DNA from: Candidatus Woesearchaeota archaeon | GTDB lineage: Archaea > Nanobdellota > Nanobdellia > Pacearchaeales > GW2011-AR1 | Assembly: GCA_964509675.1 (NCBI GenBank) | Contig: CAZDXC010000002.1 | Coordinates: forward strand, 7,425-71,424 | DNA length: 64,000 nt | Direction: 5' to 3' | Part shown: in pieces, positions 27,413-36,200 of the stretch | How positions within the stretch are numbered: the first letter of the stretch is position 1 | How the letters are laid out: each line of letters starts with the position of its first letter | Made by a program: the position numbers and the translations under genes | Notes under the pieces: model-generated | The model's database searches: none | The model's input: the letters and a program-made list of their open reading frames with translations, nothing else | Told to the model about the DNA's origin: nothing

Positions 27413-29740
27413 TTAGAATTTTTTTGTTTTTATTTGTTCATTTAGCCATTTCTGCCATTCAGGAAAAACTCTTTCACTTACAGGTAAGCCGACTTCCTGC
27501 CTGACATTGTCAGAAATTTCATAAAACATATGATTTGCAAGTGTATTGAATTGTGCTTCTAATATTTTGCTGTAGCCTGTTTTTTTTGCAACATCCACGA
27601 GTTCTTTTTTGATTTTAGTTCTCAGCAGAATATTATCATAGATAGCATCCCAATTTCCTGCCCATCCCTTGACGCTTGAAGCAACTCCCTTTATGATTTC
27701 GCTGTCTCCATTAATCAAATCATCACTTGCCTCAAGCTCGTCTTTTTCTATATTGTAATTAAGCAAATCTACAAATCCTTTTTCCAAAAGAGGGTCTTCT
27801 TTCCAATGTTTTCTGACTTCTGCAAGCTGGACAACCCTTCTCAAAGAATGCAAACCATCAGGAGTTTTTATCGGATTGCAGACAAGAACTATGTCAGTGG
27901 CCTTGAAACTAGTAGCCGGAACTTCCAAGTCATTCACAACCCTGTCAAAAACAGCATACGGAGATGCTCCGTGAATTGTCCCTGCCACGACATTTGCCAG
28001 AGCCCCAACCCTCATTGCTTCATAAAGTGCCTTCGCCTCAACACTCCTAACCTCTCCGAGAATTAAACAACTATCTCCCAAACGCAAACTTGTTCTTATT
28101 CCATCATCAGCAGAAACTTCTGTTGTTGTTTTAAGCAAAGCAGAACGAACCTTCATTCTCAGGATATCATATTCTAATTTTCTTAAAGATTCAACAGGCA
28201 ATTCAAGAGAATCCTCAATAACAATAATCCTGTGTTTTGGAACAATTTCCAGCATAAGACTTCCAAGCAGAGAAGTTTTTCCCGAACTCCTCGTTCCTGC
28301 AACCAAAAGAGTCCTTGCTCCGTCAATTAAAAAGCTCAGTAATCCTGCAGTAAAAGAATTTATCATTCTGTTCTGTATAAAAAGAGGAAGTGTCCACGGT
28401 TCTTCTCTGTGGCGTCTTATTGCATATGCCAACCCATCAGGAGAAAGAGGATTTTGAATTATTGAAATTCTTGCTCTTATCTTCCCAATTTCCAGCTGAG
28501 TATCAAGAATTGGGTTTGCCTCATCCAAAGGCCTTCCTGAAATCATTCTGAACTTTGCTGCCCATGAATCAATATCAGACTGACTCGGAAGAATGTTTGT
28601 GGAACACTCATCAAAATCCTGGTGTCTCACAAAAATATTAGTCATTGGAATCGGAGCATTTAAAACTATATCCTGAAGTTTCTTGTCCTGCAGCAAAACT
28701 TCTATAAGTCCGAAACCAATAGTTTGACGAACGAGAATTGTTGCCAGTTTGTTTAAATCAGAATAATTTAATTTTATTCTTTTTGTTTGTGATAAATCCT
28801 GCAATAAATCTTTTGAAATATTAAAAAAAACCTGCCTTATCCTTTCTACATCTGTGAATTCTTCTGCCTTGGGTTGATGTTCTATTAAAACCCCTCTTGC
28901 CAAATTTAAAAGCATATTATAATCTTCATCAAGAGAATTTTCAGGAGGATTGAGATGATACATTAATTTTGATTCATTTTTTCTTTTTAAGATTGTCACG
29001 ATAGAAGTATCATAATCTTCTCCTATTTCATATTGGTCAATAATCTCTGAATCATCAGGAATATCATAAATCAGCCTGGTAAAGGTAAAATTAGGGATTA
29101 TGTCTGGTTTTAATATCTTGTTATATATGTTCCTGTCTCCTTTTCTGTATCCTTCAAGGTAAGGAAGAGCCATCTGTATCATTTTTGTATTCTCCAGCAA
29201 AGAAAAAATTCTTTCCAAAAGATGTGTGTAATTTTCCTGGTCTGCCCTAAACTGCAAATCAATTTTTTCTGTCAGAATCTTGGATTGAATAATTATTTTT
29301 TTTAATTCAAAATATGCAGCAATTGGATCCTGTCTTAGCAAGAGTAAAAAAGAAAAAAGTTCATTATATCTTTGACTAAAAAATTGTTCATTAGAAGTCA
29401 CTAGTTTGTCTTGAGACAATATTTTTTCCTGTTTCAAAAGATAGACATATAACTGCGCAATTTCTAACAGAATAGCGGTTTCTTTAAAATCATAATTGTA
29501 ATTTTTTTGCTGAGAAAAGACAATCCTTGAAACGCCGGGATTTTCAATTAAAGCATCCATAGTTCTTGCCATTACTTCTGGATAATCCGAAAGACTCGGA
29601 ACATACGGTGCTCCAAGGTAATCAATATAAAGAACATCCTCTCCACCTTCCCGTCTGACTTCATGAGAATATAACTTTTCCTCTTTGTCCGGCATGTATA
29701 AAAAAGATGTAGCAAGTTTAAAATATTTTGTATCAAACAC
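27413..29740 (-). CDS. Type II/IV secretion-family ATPase (FlaI/PilB/VirB11-like)
   Basis: Walker A LLVAGTRSSGKTSLL, Asp box/Walker B RIIVIEDSLELP, His box-like AGTIHGASP; a ~300-aa N-terminal extension brings it to 775 aa. Confidence 0.7.
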   Translation of the reverse strand: MFDTKYFKLATSFLYMPDKEEKLYSHEVRREGGEDVLYIDYLGAPYVPSLSDYPEVMARTMDALIENPGVSRIVFSQQKNYNYDFKETAILLEIAQLYVYLLKQEKILSQDKLVTSNEQFFSQRYNELFSFLLLLRQDPIAAYFELKKIIIQSKILTEKIDLQFRADQENYTHLLERIFSLLENTKMIQMALPYLEGYRKGDRNIYNKILKPDIIPNFTFTRLIYDIPDDSEIIDQYEIGEDYDTSIVTILKRKNESKLMYHLNPPENSLDEDYNMLLNLARGVLIEHQPKAEEFTDVERIRQVFFNISKDLLQDLSQTKRIKLNYSDLNKLATILVRQTIGFGLIEVLLQDKKLQDIVLNAPIPMTNIFVRHQDFDECSTNILPSQSDIDSWAAKFRMISGRPLDEANPILDTQLEIGKIRARISIIQNPLSPDGLAYAIRRHREEPWTLPLFIQNRMINSFTAGLLSFLIDGARTLLVAGTRSSGKTSLLGSLMLEIVPKHRIIVIEDSLELPVESLRKLEYDILRMKVRSALLKTTTEVSADDGIRTSLRLGDSCLILGEVRSVEAKALYEAMRVGALANVVAGTIHGASPYAVFDRVVNDLEVPATSFKATDIVLVCNPIKTPDGLHSLRRVVQLAEVRKHWKEDPLLEKGFVDLLNYNIEKDELEASDDLINGDSEIIKGVASSVKGWAGNWDAIYDNILLRTKIKKELVDVAKKTGYSKILEAQFNTLANHMFYEISDNVRQEVGLPVSERVFPEWQKWLNEQIKTKKF

Positions 29741-29773
29741 AACAATTTTAAACTATTTTAACATTATTCCATT

Positions 29774-30097
29774 ATGGCTGAACAGGGAGACTACAGTGGA
29801 TTTTTTTCTGAAATTAATGCAAAGATTAGGGACATTGAAGACAAACAAAAAATTATGAAAAGCAGACTTCTTTTAATAGGAGAGAATCTTGTTGAAATAA
29901 AAGATAACACTAACAAAAAAATATTAGAATTAAAAAAAGATGTTGAAATCATAAAACAAAGCATAGAAAGAATGTCTTCTTTTTTAGAAACAATTTCAGG
30001 TGAATTTTCAAAATTTGCGAAAAAAGAAGATTTGGAAATTTTAATAAAACAAGCAAAAATGTTCCAGCCATTGGAGTCAAGAAGAAAAAATAAGTAG
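29774..30097 (+). CDS. Coiled-coil protein, hypothetical
   Basis: 107 aa, heptad-rich, no TM. Confidence 0.35.
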   Translation: MAEQGDYSGFFSEINAKIRDIEDKQKIMKSRLLLIGENLVEIKDNTNKKILELKKDVEIIKQSIERMSSFLETISGEFSKFAKKEDLEILIKQAKMFQPLESRRKNK

Positions 30098-30147
30098 AAA
30101 AATTAAAAAACATTTAAAATATAAATAAGATATCAAAAATTTTTAAA

Positions 30148-30852
30148 ATGGGTGTTTTAGAGCAAGTTACTAGGATGAAAGAGCAGGGAATTCCTGAAAG
30201 GGAAATCGTAAGTGAATTATCACAACAGGGGATATCTCCTAAAGAAATTGATGATGCCTTAAAACAAGCCCAAATTAAATATGCTGTTTCTGATGATGAA
30301 GAAGGAATGCAACCTTCAATCATGCCAAAAGGAGAAATGCCTCCAAGCCCAAAACAAAATAAAACATATACTCCTCCTACCTACGAACAACAGCAATATG
30401 CTCCTCAAGAAGAATATGCTCCCCAGGAGCAATACATTCCACAACAACAAGAACAATACTACACTCCTGGAGAAGGATATGAACAGCAATATGCCGCAGG
30501 CATTGATACAGACACTGTAATGGAAATTGCAGACCAGATTTTTTCAGACAGGATAAAAAAAATCCAAAAACAGCTTGATGATGTAACAGAAGCCTCAACA
30601 CTATTGCAAACAAAAGTGGAAAATGTTTCAGAGAGACTTAAAAAAATGGAAACAATGATGGATAAATTGCAGATTGCAATTCTTGAAAAAGTCGGAAGCT
30701 ATGGAAAAAACCTGGAAAATATAAAAAAAGAAATGTCTATGATGCAAAATTCCTTTTCAAAAATGATTTCCAGTCCTAAAAAAGAAAGCACTGAAAAGAA
30801 AATAGAAAAGAGCTTGACTAATCTGGAAAAGAAAATTTCCAAGAAAAAATAA
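30148..30852 (+). CDS. Protein with a small N-terminal helical domain, a Q/Y/P/E-rich low-complexity linker and a C-terminal coiled coil
   Basis: N-terminus MGVLEQVTRMKEQGIPEREIVSELSQQGISPKEIDDALKQA; linker YEQQQYAPQEEYAPQEQYIPQQQEQYYTPGEGYEQQY; then a ~110-aa coiled coil. Confidence 0.4.
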   Translation: MGVLEQVTRMKEQGIPEREIVSELSQQGISPKEIDDALKQAQIKYAVSDDEEGMQPSIMPKGEMPPSPKQNKTYTPPTYEQQQYAPQEEYAPQEQYIPQQQEQYYTPGEGYEQQYAAGIDTDTVMEIADQIFSDRIKKIQKQLDDVTEASTLLQTKVENVSERLKKMETMMDKLQIAILEKVGSYGKNLENIKKEMSMMQNSFSKMISSPKKESTEKKIEKSLTNLEKKISKKK

Positions 30853-31425
30853 TTATTCTTTAAAACCCCTAAATAAAACAGGAGTATAAGGGGGAGGTTC
30901 TTTGCCTTTAGGAGATGCACTTCCAATAATTACTGCAATTAATATAAAAAGAACTATTGCACCTACAACCAATTGCCAGTTATCTCCCCACCATTGTCCT
31001 GACTGCCAGCCAGCTGCTCCTGCAGATTGTATCAGAACTGCACCAATGGTGATAACCCCCACTCCAAGAAGAACATAGTTGATTAAATTGCTTTTCGGGT
31101 CTGCAAATAATCCAAGAACAATTAAAATTCCAAGTATTATTGCTAAGGCAATTCCAATCCTTGGAAAAATTTCTGAAAAAAAAGCGGGAACAAATTCAAA
31201 TTGTAATGCCATTAACGCGACAGCCAAAGCAATAATTCCGTTAACAACTTTATTATCCTTGAATATTTGAATTCTTGTCAGGATTCCAAAAACCAAAGCA
31301 AATATTAGCAAAAAGGGAAGAAGATAACTAAAAAATCCTGCCTGTTCCCATTTAGAAAGAAAATCGCCTAAAGCTCCTCCTGAAAAAGCACTGTAAGAAG
31401 CTAGGATTATCACCCCATGTAACAT
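30853..31425 (-). CDS. Polytopic membrane protein, hypothetical
   Basis: 5-6 TM segments with a Trp/Gly/Gln-rich loop (AGWQSGQWWGDNWQ). Confidence 0.4.
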   Translation of the reverse strand: MLHGVIILASYSAFSGGALGDFLSKWEQAGFFSYLLPFLLIFALVFGILTRIQIFKDNKVVNGIIALAVALMALQFEFVPAFFSEIFPRIGIALAIILGILIVLGLFADPKSNLINYVLLGVGVITIGAVLIQSAGAAGWQSGQWWGDNWQLVVGAIVLFILIAVIIGSASPKGKEPPPYTPVLFRGFKE

Positions 31426-31467
31426 ATAAAAGATTATGAAAATATATTTAAATATGTTTCGTTGAAT

Positions 31468-31959
31468 TTATGATTTTTTCTCTTTGCCGATTAAAACCAA
31501 AGCTAATGCTACTGCTATTACAAGAACAAAGGCAATATTTGTCCAAATCTGACTTTGAGTTGATAAAAAATTTCCGATCCCAGTCCCCCATCCTGTCGCC
31601 CAAAGAATTCCTCCTATAAAGGCAATACCAACAACAACTCCAAGCACTATCTTCATCCACTTATCCAATTTGAATTCTTCTTTGCTTCCGAATATAAATC
31701 CCCACAACAATAAAATAACAAATACTACCACAAGAGTAACGGTTAAAAATAAAATCATATTTTCAACAACGAGTTTGGGGTAAACTGCACTTACAAAAAT
31801 TAAACCTATCACAAATGAGACAAGAGCATTTAGTTGTTTTTTTCTCTCTCCAAAAAGTTTGGTTCTGTCAAGGATTGCAAAAACTATAAAGAAAACCAAT
31901 AAAAAAGGAAGAATAAATTTTGAAACAATCCAGCTTTGCAAAAATGTCTCATTAGCCAT
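31468..31959 (-). CDS. Polytopic membrane protein, hypothetical; similar architecture to 30853-31425
   Basis: 4-5 TM segments with a loop ATGWGTGIGNFLSTQSQIW. Confidence 0.4.
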   Translation of the reverse strand: MANETFLQSWIVSKFILPFLLVFFIVFAILDRTKLFGERKKQLNALVSFVIGLIFVSAVYPKLVVENMILFLTVTLVVVFVILLLWGFIFGSKEEFKLDKWMKIVLGVVVGIAFIGGILWATGWGTGIGNFLSTQSQIWTNIAFVLVIAVALALVLIGKEKKS

Positions 31960-31960
31960 C

Positions 31961-32239
31961 TTATACCAAATCTTCAGGTATCTCTTCTAAATTAGAATCC
32001 GGGTTTGGCAGAGCAGCCCTGTTGATTAAGAATACATCTCCAACTGCCTTAACAAACTGATGGGGGATTATAACTCCCTTTGCTCCTCCAACAAGAGACA
32101 CAACACTACCTCCTACCTTTATCCTCCAACCATCAACCTTATTATCTGACAAATTAGCTTCTTCTATTTCTCCAAAAAAATCTCCAGAATCAGTATAAAC
32201 TCTGCTCCCAATAACCTCACTAATCTTTTTTATCCTCAT
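31961..32239 (-). CDS. PRC-barrel domain protein
   Basis: 92 aa; ..SRVYTDSGDFFGEIEEANLSDNKVDGWRIKVGG.. fits the PRC barrel beta-pattern. Confidence 0.5.
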   Translation of the reverse strand: MRIKKISEVIGSRVYTDSGDFFGEIEEANLSDNKVDGWRIKVGGSVVSLVGGAKGVIIPHQFVKAVGDVFLINRAALPNPDSNLEEIPEDLV

Positions 32240-32339
32240 AAATAAATTTATGATGTCCTATTTAAATAGTTTTCCATAATTGAAAATATAATAGGAGTAA
32301 CATAACAAGCTTTATAAAAAAAATAAACATAGAAAAGAT

Positions 32340-32984
32340 ATGATAAATAAAAAAGAGATATTGGTTATAAGTGTTATTATTCTCATCATCACCCTGACAT
32401 TAAGTTTGTCTTTGAATATGATTAAAGAATGGAAAACAATTCTTTACACCCTCCTTGCAGTGTCAATAGTGATTTTGGCAAATATATTAACAAAAAAAAT
32501 TGTGGCTTACAATCTTGATTCAGAAATAGAAATAAGGATTTGGGAAACCGGAAAATACGGATTTGTAAAGGATAAAAAAAAGAAAAAACCATTTCCATTA
32601 GGGGCTTTTCTTCCTGTAATCTCTAAAATAGTTCTCTTTCCGTTCAAAAGTTTTATTTGGATGGCCTCTTTAGTTTTTGATGTAAAACCAAGGATCTACA
32701 GAGGAGCAAAAAGATTTGGGTTATATACATTCTCTGAAATAACAGAATACCATCTCGGATTAATTGCTGCGTCTGGAATTGTCATAAATCTTATTCTTGC
32801 AGTTGTTGGATATTTTTCAGGTTTTCCTCTTTTAGCAAGGTTGAATGTATACTATGCTTTTTTTAATATGCTTCCGATATCTGAATTAGACGGAAATAAA
32901 ATATTCTTTGGAAATCTGATAATGTGGAGTTTCTTGGCTTCTTTGGTTTTAATCGGCATGCTTCTTGCAATTTTTATAATATAA
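32340..32984 (+). CDS. Membrane protein with a site-2-protease-like NxxPxxxLDG motif but no evident HExxH
   Basis: AFFNMLPISELDGNKIF matches the M50 second motif; no HExxH anywhere in the 214 aa. Confidence 0.35.
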   Translation: MINKKEILVISVIILIITLTLSLSLNMIKEWKTILYTLLAVSIVILANILTKKIVAYNLDSEIEIRIWETGKYGFVKDKKKKKPFPLGAFLPVISKIVLFPFKSFIWMASLVFDVKPRIYRGAKRFGLYTFSEITEYHLGLIAASGIVINLILAVVGYFSGFPLLARLNVYYAFFNMLPISELDGNKIFFGNLIMWSFLASLVLIGMLLAIFII

Positions 32985-33023
32985 TTACATAAATTATTTA
33001 AAATAAACAAACATAGAAAAGAT

Positions 33024-33230
33024 ATGAAAGAAAGTTTTCTTACAAAAAGGAATGTGACATGGATATTTGCAATTATTTCTATAATTTCGGGCTTCTTCTT
33101 CCTTGACTCTGGCCCAACAGGAAATATAATTATAAACAAACAGAGTTCAATAAGCATCCTTTCAATAATTGGTTTATTATTAATTGCATGTTCTGCTGTT
33201 CTTATCACATATTCTGTAAAAAAGAAATAA
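33024..33230 (+). CDS. Small 2-TM membrane protein, hypothetical
   Basis: 68 aa, hydrophobic. Confidence 0.3.
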   Translation: MKESFLTKRNVTWIFAIISIISGFFFLDSGPTGNIIINKQSSISILSIIGLLLIACSAVLITYSVKKK

Positions 33231-33237
33231 AATTAAA

Positions 33238-34803
33238 ATGGAATTTTTAAAGGGAATATCTCCTAGAGAATATCAGCAAAAAATAGTCAACACATGCATA
33301 AATAAGAATTGTTTGGTAATCCTTCCTACCGGATTAGGAAAAACTCTTATTGCCCTAATGTTAACAATAGAAAGAATGAAAAACTTTCCTGGAGATAAAG
33401 TTATTTTTCTTGCTCCAACCAAACCACTCGTTGAACAACATCTCAATTATTTCAAAAAACACCTCCCGGAATTATTTGCTGAAATGACTCTTTTTACAGG
33501 ACAAATAAACCCCGAACAGAGAAAAAAACTCTGGCAGACATCCGACATTATTTTTTCAACCCCACAATGTATTGCCAATGATCTAAAAAAAGAATTATAT
33601 GATTTAAGAAATGTCTGTCTTTTGATAGAGGATGAGGCCCACAGATGTATTAAAAATTATGATTATAATTATGTGGCGCATAAATATATAGAACAGGCTT
33701 CTCATCAAAGGGTAATGGGTTTAACAGCATCTCCTGGCTCTGACGCAGGAAAAATAAAAGAAATTTGCAGAAATCTTTCCATTGAAGAAGTTGAATTAAA
33801 AACAAGGGACAGTGAAGATGTTAAAGAATACCTCCAAGAATTAAAATTCGAAAAAATAATTATAGATTTTCCAGAGAAGCTAAATGAAATAAGAAACCTG
33901 CTTAAAAAAATTTTAAATACTTATGTTGAGGAATTAAAAAACAGGAAAGTTTTGTTTGAATCTCCATCAAAGATAAAATTGATAGAATTACAGAAAAAAT
34001 TAATGCGTATGATCTCTTCTGGAAATAGAAATTATAATTATCTTCTGGCAGTCTCCTCGTGTTCACAGGCAATAAAACTTCAGCATGCAATAGAACTTTT
34101 GGAAACACAAACTCTTTTCAGTTTTAATGAATATTTAAAAGAGCTGTTTAAACAAGCATATGATAAAAAGAGCAAGGGAGTTATAAAACTCGTAAATAAA
34201 AATGAGTTTAAGCTTGCATATATAAAAAGCAGTGAGATGCTTGCAAATGGAATTGAACATCCAAAGCTGGAAGGATTAACAAGACTGATAGAGGAAGAAA
34301 AGAAAAAAAATGATAAAGTAAAAATTCTTATTTTCACGCAATTCAGAAACACGGCTGCAATAATTTCAAGAAAATTAAATTATATTCCGGGAATAAGAGC
34401 CAGGGTTTTTATTGGACAGGCAAAAAAAATCTCCAATGGAAAAAGCATGGGATTAAGTCAAAAAGAGCAGAAAAAAATAATACAGGAATTTTCCTCAGGA
34501 GAAATAAATGTTCTTTGTGCGACTTCAATAGGGGAAGAAGGATTAGATATTCCAGAAGTCAATATTGTTATTTTTTACGAAAGTGTTCCTTCTGCAATAA
34601 GAAAAATTCAAAGAAGCGGAAGAACAGCAAGATTAATTGCAGGAAAATTAATAATGCTTATAGCAAGAACTACAAGAGACGAAACTTTTTATTATGTAGC
34701 AAATGCAAAAGAAAAAAAGATGCATAAAACAATTCAGGGAATAAAAGAAGAAATGACAAATGGAAGTTTAAAATATAAAAAAGAAAAACAAAAAACTCTA
34801 TAA
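33238..34803 (+). CDS. hef: Hef/FANCM-like DEAH-box helicase (helicase part only)
   Basis: Motif I LPTGLGKT, motif II LLIEDEAHRC, motif VI QRSGRTAR, with an inserted helical domain; 521 aa ending where Hef helicase domains normally end. Confidence 0.7.
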   Translation: MEFLKGISPREYQQKIVNTCINKNCLVILPTGLGKTLIALMLTIERMKNFPGDKVIFLAPTKPLVEQHLNYFKKHLPELFAEMTLFTGQINPEQRKKLWQTSDIIFSTPQCIANDLKKELYDLRNVCLLIEDEAHRCIKNYDYNYVAHKYIEQASHQRVMGLTASPGSDAGKIKEICRNLSIEEVELKTRDSEDVKEYLQELKFEKIIIDFPEKLNEIRNLLKKILNTYVEELKNRKVLFESPSKIKLIELQKKLMRMISSGNRNYNYLLAVSSCSQAIKLQHAIELLETQTLFSFNEYLKELFKQAYDKKSKGVIKLVNKNEFKLAYIKSSEMLANGIEHPKLEGLTRLIEEEKKKNDKVKILIFTQFRNTAAIISRKLNYIPGIRARVFIGQAKKISNGKSMGLSQKEQKKIIQEFSSGEINVLCATSIGEEGLDIPEVNIVIFYESVPSAIRKIQRSGRTARLIAGKLIMLIARTTRDETFYYVANAKEKKMHKTIQGIKEEMTNGSLKYKKEKQKTL

Positions 34804-34840
34804 CACAAACTTTTATAAAAAGCATTTCTAAGATAGAAAC

Positions 34841-35605
34841 ATGGCTCCATTTTTCAATATTTTCTCACCTAAGAAGGTAATAAAACAGGAAACTGAAAAA
34901 CAAAAGATAATCATTGATTACAGAGAAAAAAATTCTTTGGTTGCAGCAACTCTCACTGAACTTGGCTTTCAGACAGAGTTCAGGGAATTAAAAGTTGCGG
35001 ATTACCTTGTTAATAATGTTGCAATAGAAAGAAAGACAATTTCTGATTTTATAAATTCCATAATCAACAAAAGAATCCTAAAACAGCTGCATGAATTACA
35101 GCAATATGAAAATAAGCTTTTAATAATAGAAGGAATCGATGAACAGGAATTATACAGTAATGACGCAGAAAAGAGAATGCGATTTCCTTCAGAGGCAATT
35201 GGAGAAATCGCCCAACAGAGTCAAAGGGGAAAACACAATAAAGAAACCCGCAGATTGTCTTTACATCCAAATGCTGTAAGGGGATTTTTGCTTTCAGTAA
35301 CCCTGAGGCACAAAGTTCCTGTAATATTAACAAAAAACTATGAAGATACTGCAAAATATCTCGCAGTATTGGCAAGAAAAAAAGAAAAAGAATCCTCTCT
35401 AAATGTAACAAAAAAAACCCTGAATAAGCAAGAAAGGCTCCAGTTCGTCTTGGAAGGTTTCCCGGGAATCGGTCCAAAAACTGCAAAAAAACTTCTGCAG
35501 CATTTCAAAACAATAAAAAATATAGCAAATGCTTCTATTGAGGAATTAACAGAAGTGATAGGAAAAAAGGCAGAAATTTTTAAGCTGTTTGAAGAAGAAT
35601 ATTAA
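34841..35605 (+). CDS. ERCC4/XPF-Hef nuclease domain protein with a (HhH)2 domain
   Basis: ERCC4 signature VAIERKTISDF, then LEGFPGIGPKTAKKLLQHF..IEELTEVIG helix-hairpin-helix. Confidence 0.7.
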   Translation: MAPFFNIFSPKKVIKQETEKQKIIIDYREKNSLVAATLTELGFQTEFRELKVADYLVNNVAIERKTISDFINSIINKRILKQLHELQQYENKLLIIEGIDEQELYSNDAEKRMRFPSEAIGEIAQQSQRGKHNKETRRLSLHPNAVRGFLLSVTLRHKVPVILTKNYEDTAKYLAVLARKKEKESSLNVTKKTLNKQERLQFVLEGFPGIGPKTAKKLLQHFKTIKNIANASIEELTEVIGKKAEIFKLFEEEY

Positions 35606-35879
35606 CATCTTTATTCATTCCATTAAAATATCCCGCATGGAGAAAAAAGCCAACATCAATATTATAAGAAGCCTCTCCCAACACGATAGGCACCCTTTTC
35701 TCTGTTGATAAGAAATAATCACTTAATTTGTCTCTAAAAGTAATAAGGGTTTTTTTATCGCTTCCATATAATCCGATTCTCCCTTCCCCGTTGTTTTTAT
35801 TCAAAAAATCTTCTCCTAATTCCTGTGCAAGTCTTTCCAAAATCTTTTCTCTTTTTATTCCTATTTTATTTTCTTCCAT
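35580..35879 (-). CDS. Hypothetical protein (possible C-terminal part of a frameshifted gene)
   Basis: 99-aa ORF overlapping the upstream 78-aa ORF by 14 nt in another frame. Confidence 0.25.
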   Translation of the reverse strand: MEENKIGIKREKILERLAQELGEDFLNKNNGEGRIGLYGSDKKTLITFRDKLSDYFLSTEKRVPIVLGEASYNIDVGFFLHAGYFNGMNKDVNILLQTA

Positions 35880-36102
35880 TTTTTAAAATTCTCTCAACAA
35901 TTTCTTCCTCAAGAGAAGGATATATTGAAAATAAACTTGTGGAAGGTTTGCTGTTTTTCTCGCAGATAATTTCATAAATTCCTTTGCTGTAATCAGTTTT
36001 TCCATTCTGAGAATTAGCCCAATTTTCTAATCCAGCCATTCCGCTGTTAAAATAAATAATAGTGGCTTTTTTTACAAGTCCCCTCAAAATTTGCTCATTC
36101 AT
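35866..36102 (-). CDS. Hypothetical protein (possible N-terminal part of a frameshifted gene)
   Basis: 78-aa ORF; ..KKATIIYFNSGMAGLENW.. Confidence 0.25.
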   Translation of the reverse strand: MNEQILRGLVKKATIIYFNSGMAGLENWANSQNGKTDYSKGIYEIICEKNSKPSTSLFSIYPSLEEEIVERILKNGRK

Positions 36103-36200
36103 TAAAATATAATTTAGAAGGACTCTTTTTTAAAAAAATCTATATTAAAAAACATATTTCCAAGAACAAAAATTATATAAAACTAAAAATTCTTTCTTAG

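Noticed and set aside
27413-29740. Calling the secretion ATPase an archaellum motor ATPase FlaI, and the locus an archaellum
   Set aside because: No FlaB-type archaellin and no FlaH, FlaF, FlaG or FlaX in the locus; multiple short pilin-like genes instead favour a non-motility type IV pilus
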